A stretch of 26,611 nucleotides of DNA from the IMG/VR virus record IMGVR_UViG_3300035534_000170, positions 1 through 26,611 of that record; one strand, given 5' to 3'. Below, piece by piece: positions 25,270 to 26,611 of the stretch. Position 1 is the stretch's first letter. Each line of letters opens with the position of its first letter. This DNA is from a virus (lineage: Duplodnaviria > Caudoviricetes). The notes beneath the pieces are model-generated. The model was not told the origin of the DNA and searched no databases. It saw nothing but the letters and a program-made list of their open reading frames with translations. Made by a program: the position numbers and the translations under genes.

Positions 25270-25918
25270 TACTTATGATGTAATTCAGAGACAGAGGAAA
25301 GAAAGGAATCTACTCCAGAGAGAAATGGAAGCTGAGGAAAGATATCTCCATGTTTTATCACTGACTTATAAAGATACATGTCAGTCTGGTATAGGAAAGA
25401 ATAATTCTCAAAGTATATCTATTCAGCTTAATCACTGGATCAAGAGTATGAGCAAGAAAGAGCAGCTGTCTTCATTATTATTCGTTTCACTGGATAAATC
25501 ATTAGAGAAGTTTGAAAAATATGTTCTGGATAAATACAGCTCTAATAAAAGCAAATCAGCAGAATTTAAATCTTTATTTAATAATGATGACTATAGAAAT
25601 GACTGCAAAAGAATAATGATCCATAAGATTTATGATTTCAAATTAGATGAAACAATAAATAATTTAGAAAGTGGGTTTGTTAGTCCTAAAGCTCACAGTA
25701 TTGTGGCCTTTAATCAGCAGAGAAAAGAAATTAGATCTGCAGCTCATGAAGGTATGGCTTCTGCTTATAAGAGATTGAATGGTCCAGTTTTACCTGATGA
25801 TTTGGAAGATATGATGTATAACACCTTTGAAAGAGTATTTAATAAACATCTGGGAGACTTATTTGAAATCAACAAAAACCAGATTGATAGCAGAGATCAT
25901 TTAAGGTTATTAAAATAA
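25262..25918 (+). CDS. Hypothetical early protein
   Basis: RBS AAGGAG favours ATG at 25262 (MSNTYDV), overlapping the upstream stop; no motif recognised. Confidence 0.65.
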   Translation: MSNTYDVIQRQRKERNLLQREMEAEERYLHVLSLTYKDTCQSGIGKNNSQSISIQLNHWIKSMSKKEQLSSLLFVSLDKSLEKFEKYVLDKYSSNKSKSAEFKSLFNNDDYRNDCKRIMIHKIYDFKLDETINNLESGFVSPKAHSIVAFNQQRKEIRSAAHEGMASAYKRLNGPVLPDDLEDMMYNTFERVFNKHLGDLFEINKNQIDSRDHLRLLK

Positions 25919-25934
25919 GGAGAGGATGAATTAA

Positions 25935-26189
25935 ATGAAATTAACTAAAAAAGAGAAAACAGCCAGTTTATTAATTGATTTATTTGTAGATTTTAATGAT
26001 AAAGCTGAGGTCATTTATTTTGTTGATCCAGTAGATGAATTAGTAATGTGTTCTACAGGAGAAGGAACAAAACTTATTTGTCGCATAAATGAGGTAGAAA
26101 GCGTAACTAGTACTGAAGATGATGTTTTATTCATTGAAGCGGGTAAAACCTTTAAATTAACTAAATCTGGACCTGTGGAGGTGCAATAA
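25935..26189 (+). CDS. Hypothetical early protein
   Basis: RBS AAGGAGAGG; co-directional in the early operon. Confidence 0.7.
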   Translation: MKLTKKEKTASLLIDLFVDFNDKAEVIYFVDPVDELVMCSTGEGTKLICRINEVESVTSTEDDVLFIEAGKTFKLTKSGPVEVQ

Positions 26190-26395
26190 TGAAAATAGAA
26201 CTGAGTCTAACTGAGGAAATAACTATTATAGGTTCTTTACAAATGCAATTAGCTCAGCTTAAATCTAGAAAAAATAAGACTGATTTTGTAAAAAAGGAAA
26301 TCGAGAAAACAGAAAATACATTAAGAAGATTAAGATCAGAAAGCAAAAGACAGGCTGAGGAATTGATAGGAGCTGATTTAGATGGGAACAATTAG
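26189..26395 (+). CDS. Hypothetical early protein (helical)
   Basis: RBS GGAGGTG; TAATG coupling. Confidence 0.7.
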   Translation: MKIELSLTEEITIIGSLQMQLAQLKSRKNKTDFVKKEIEKTENTLRRLRSESKRQAEELIGADLDGNN

Positions 26396-26611
26396 AGAAT
26401 GGCAGTTATTCATAATGGGTTTACTCTGGGGATTGCTTATATTTGTACTTTTCCCTCCAATGATTAAAGAAATGATAGAAGATTTTAAGGAATTGTTTAT
26501 ACTGCTGCTGGCCCGGATAATTATATTTTTTAAGCGAATCAGAAAATTTTGGGCTATCTGGCGAAAGACTAAAGAAATCCCAGCTGATGGCACAGCTGAG
26601 ATTCAAAAGAA
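26382..26611 (+). CDS. Membrane protein, 3'-truncated by the window end (not in the track)
   Basis: ATG at 26382 after AGGAG; MGTIREWQLFIMGLLWGLLIFVLFPPM...; frame stays open to the end of the window. Confidence 0.6.
   Translation, partial: MGTIREWQLFIMGLLWGLLIFVLFPPMIKEMIEDFKELFILLLARIIIFFKRIRKFWAIWRKTKEIPADGTAEIQK
26576..26603 (-). terminator. Hairpin, possible antisense terminator
   Basis: AATCCCAGCTG-ATGGCA-CAGCTGAGATT; the single mismatch becomes a G-U pair on the minus strand, followed by a short U-rich tract. Confidence 0.35.

Larger units (their letters stand above)
1..26611. mobile_element. Temperate contractile-tailed phage genome segment (head-tail-lysis-morons-integrase-immunity-early genes), excised/attP arrangement
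   Basis: Continuous canonical phage gene order with no host housekeeping genes; lysis and moron genes are joined directly to the integrase and repressor module. Confidence 0.95.

Overview
The window is a contiguous piece of a temperate, contractile-tailed (myovirus-type) phage of a low-GC Firmicute. The very acidic structural proteins and the diderm-type lysis cassette suggest a halophilic diderm host such as Halanaerobiales (inference). From left to right it holds: the end of a Clp-type head protease, lambda-like head genes (decoration, major capsid E, joining, Z), a P2/Mu-like contractile tail and baseplate (with a -1 frameshift tail chaperone), a compositionally distinct receptor-binding module (tail fibre with a 5-bladed glycosidase-like propeller plus a ConA-like protein), and a lysis cassette (holin, amidase, candidate non-lipoprotein spanin pair). 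An accessory region follows, with two paralogous 2-TM proteins, a stand-alone NDP-sugar epimerase/reductase moron, and a DUF4747-like plus 4-TM candidate defence pair. Then come a minus-strand large serine integrase (mislabelled + in the ORF track) whose 3' end holds an apparently intact attP resembling a tmRNA/tRNA-Ala 3' end, an ImmA/CI/Cro switch with clear promoters and operators, and early genes. The intact attP and the lysis-to-integrase adjacency imply the excised or virion gene order. All family calls come from recognising motifs by eye and from synteny; no searches were run.
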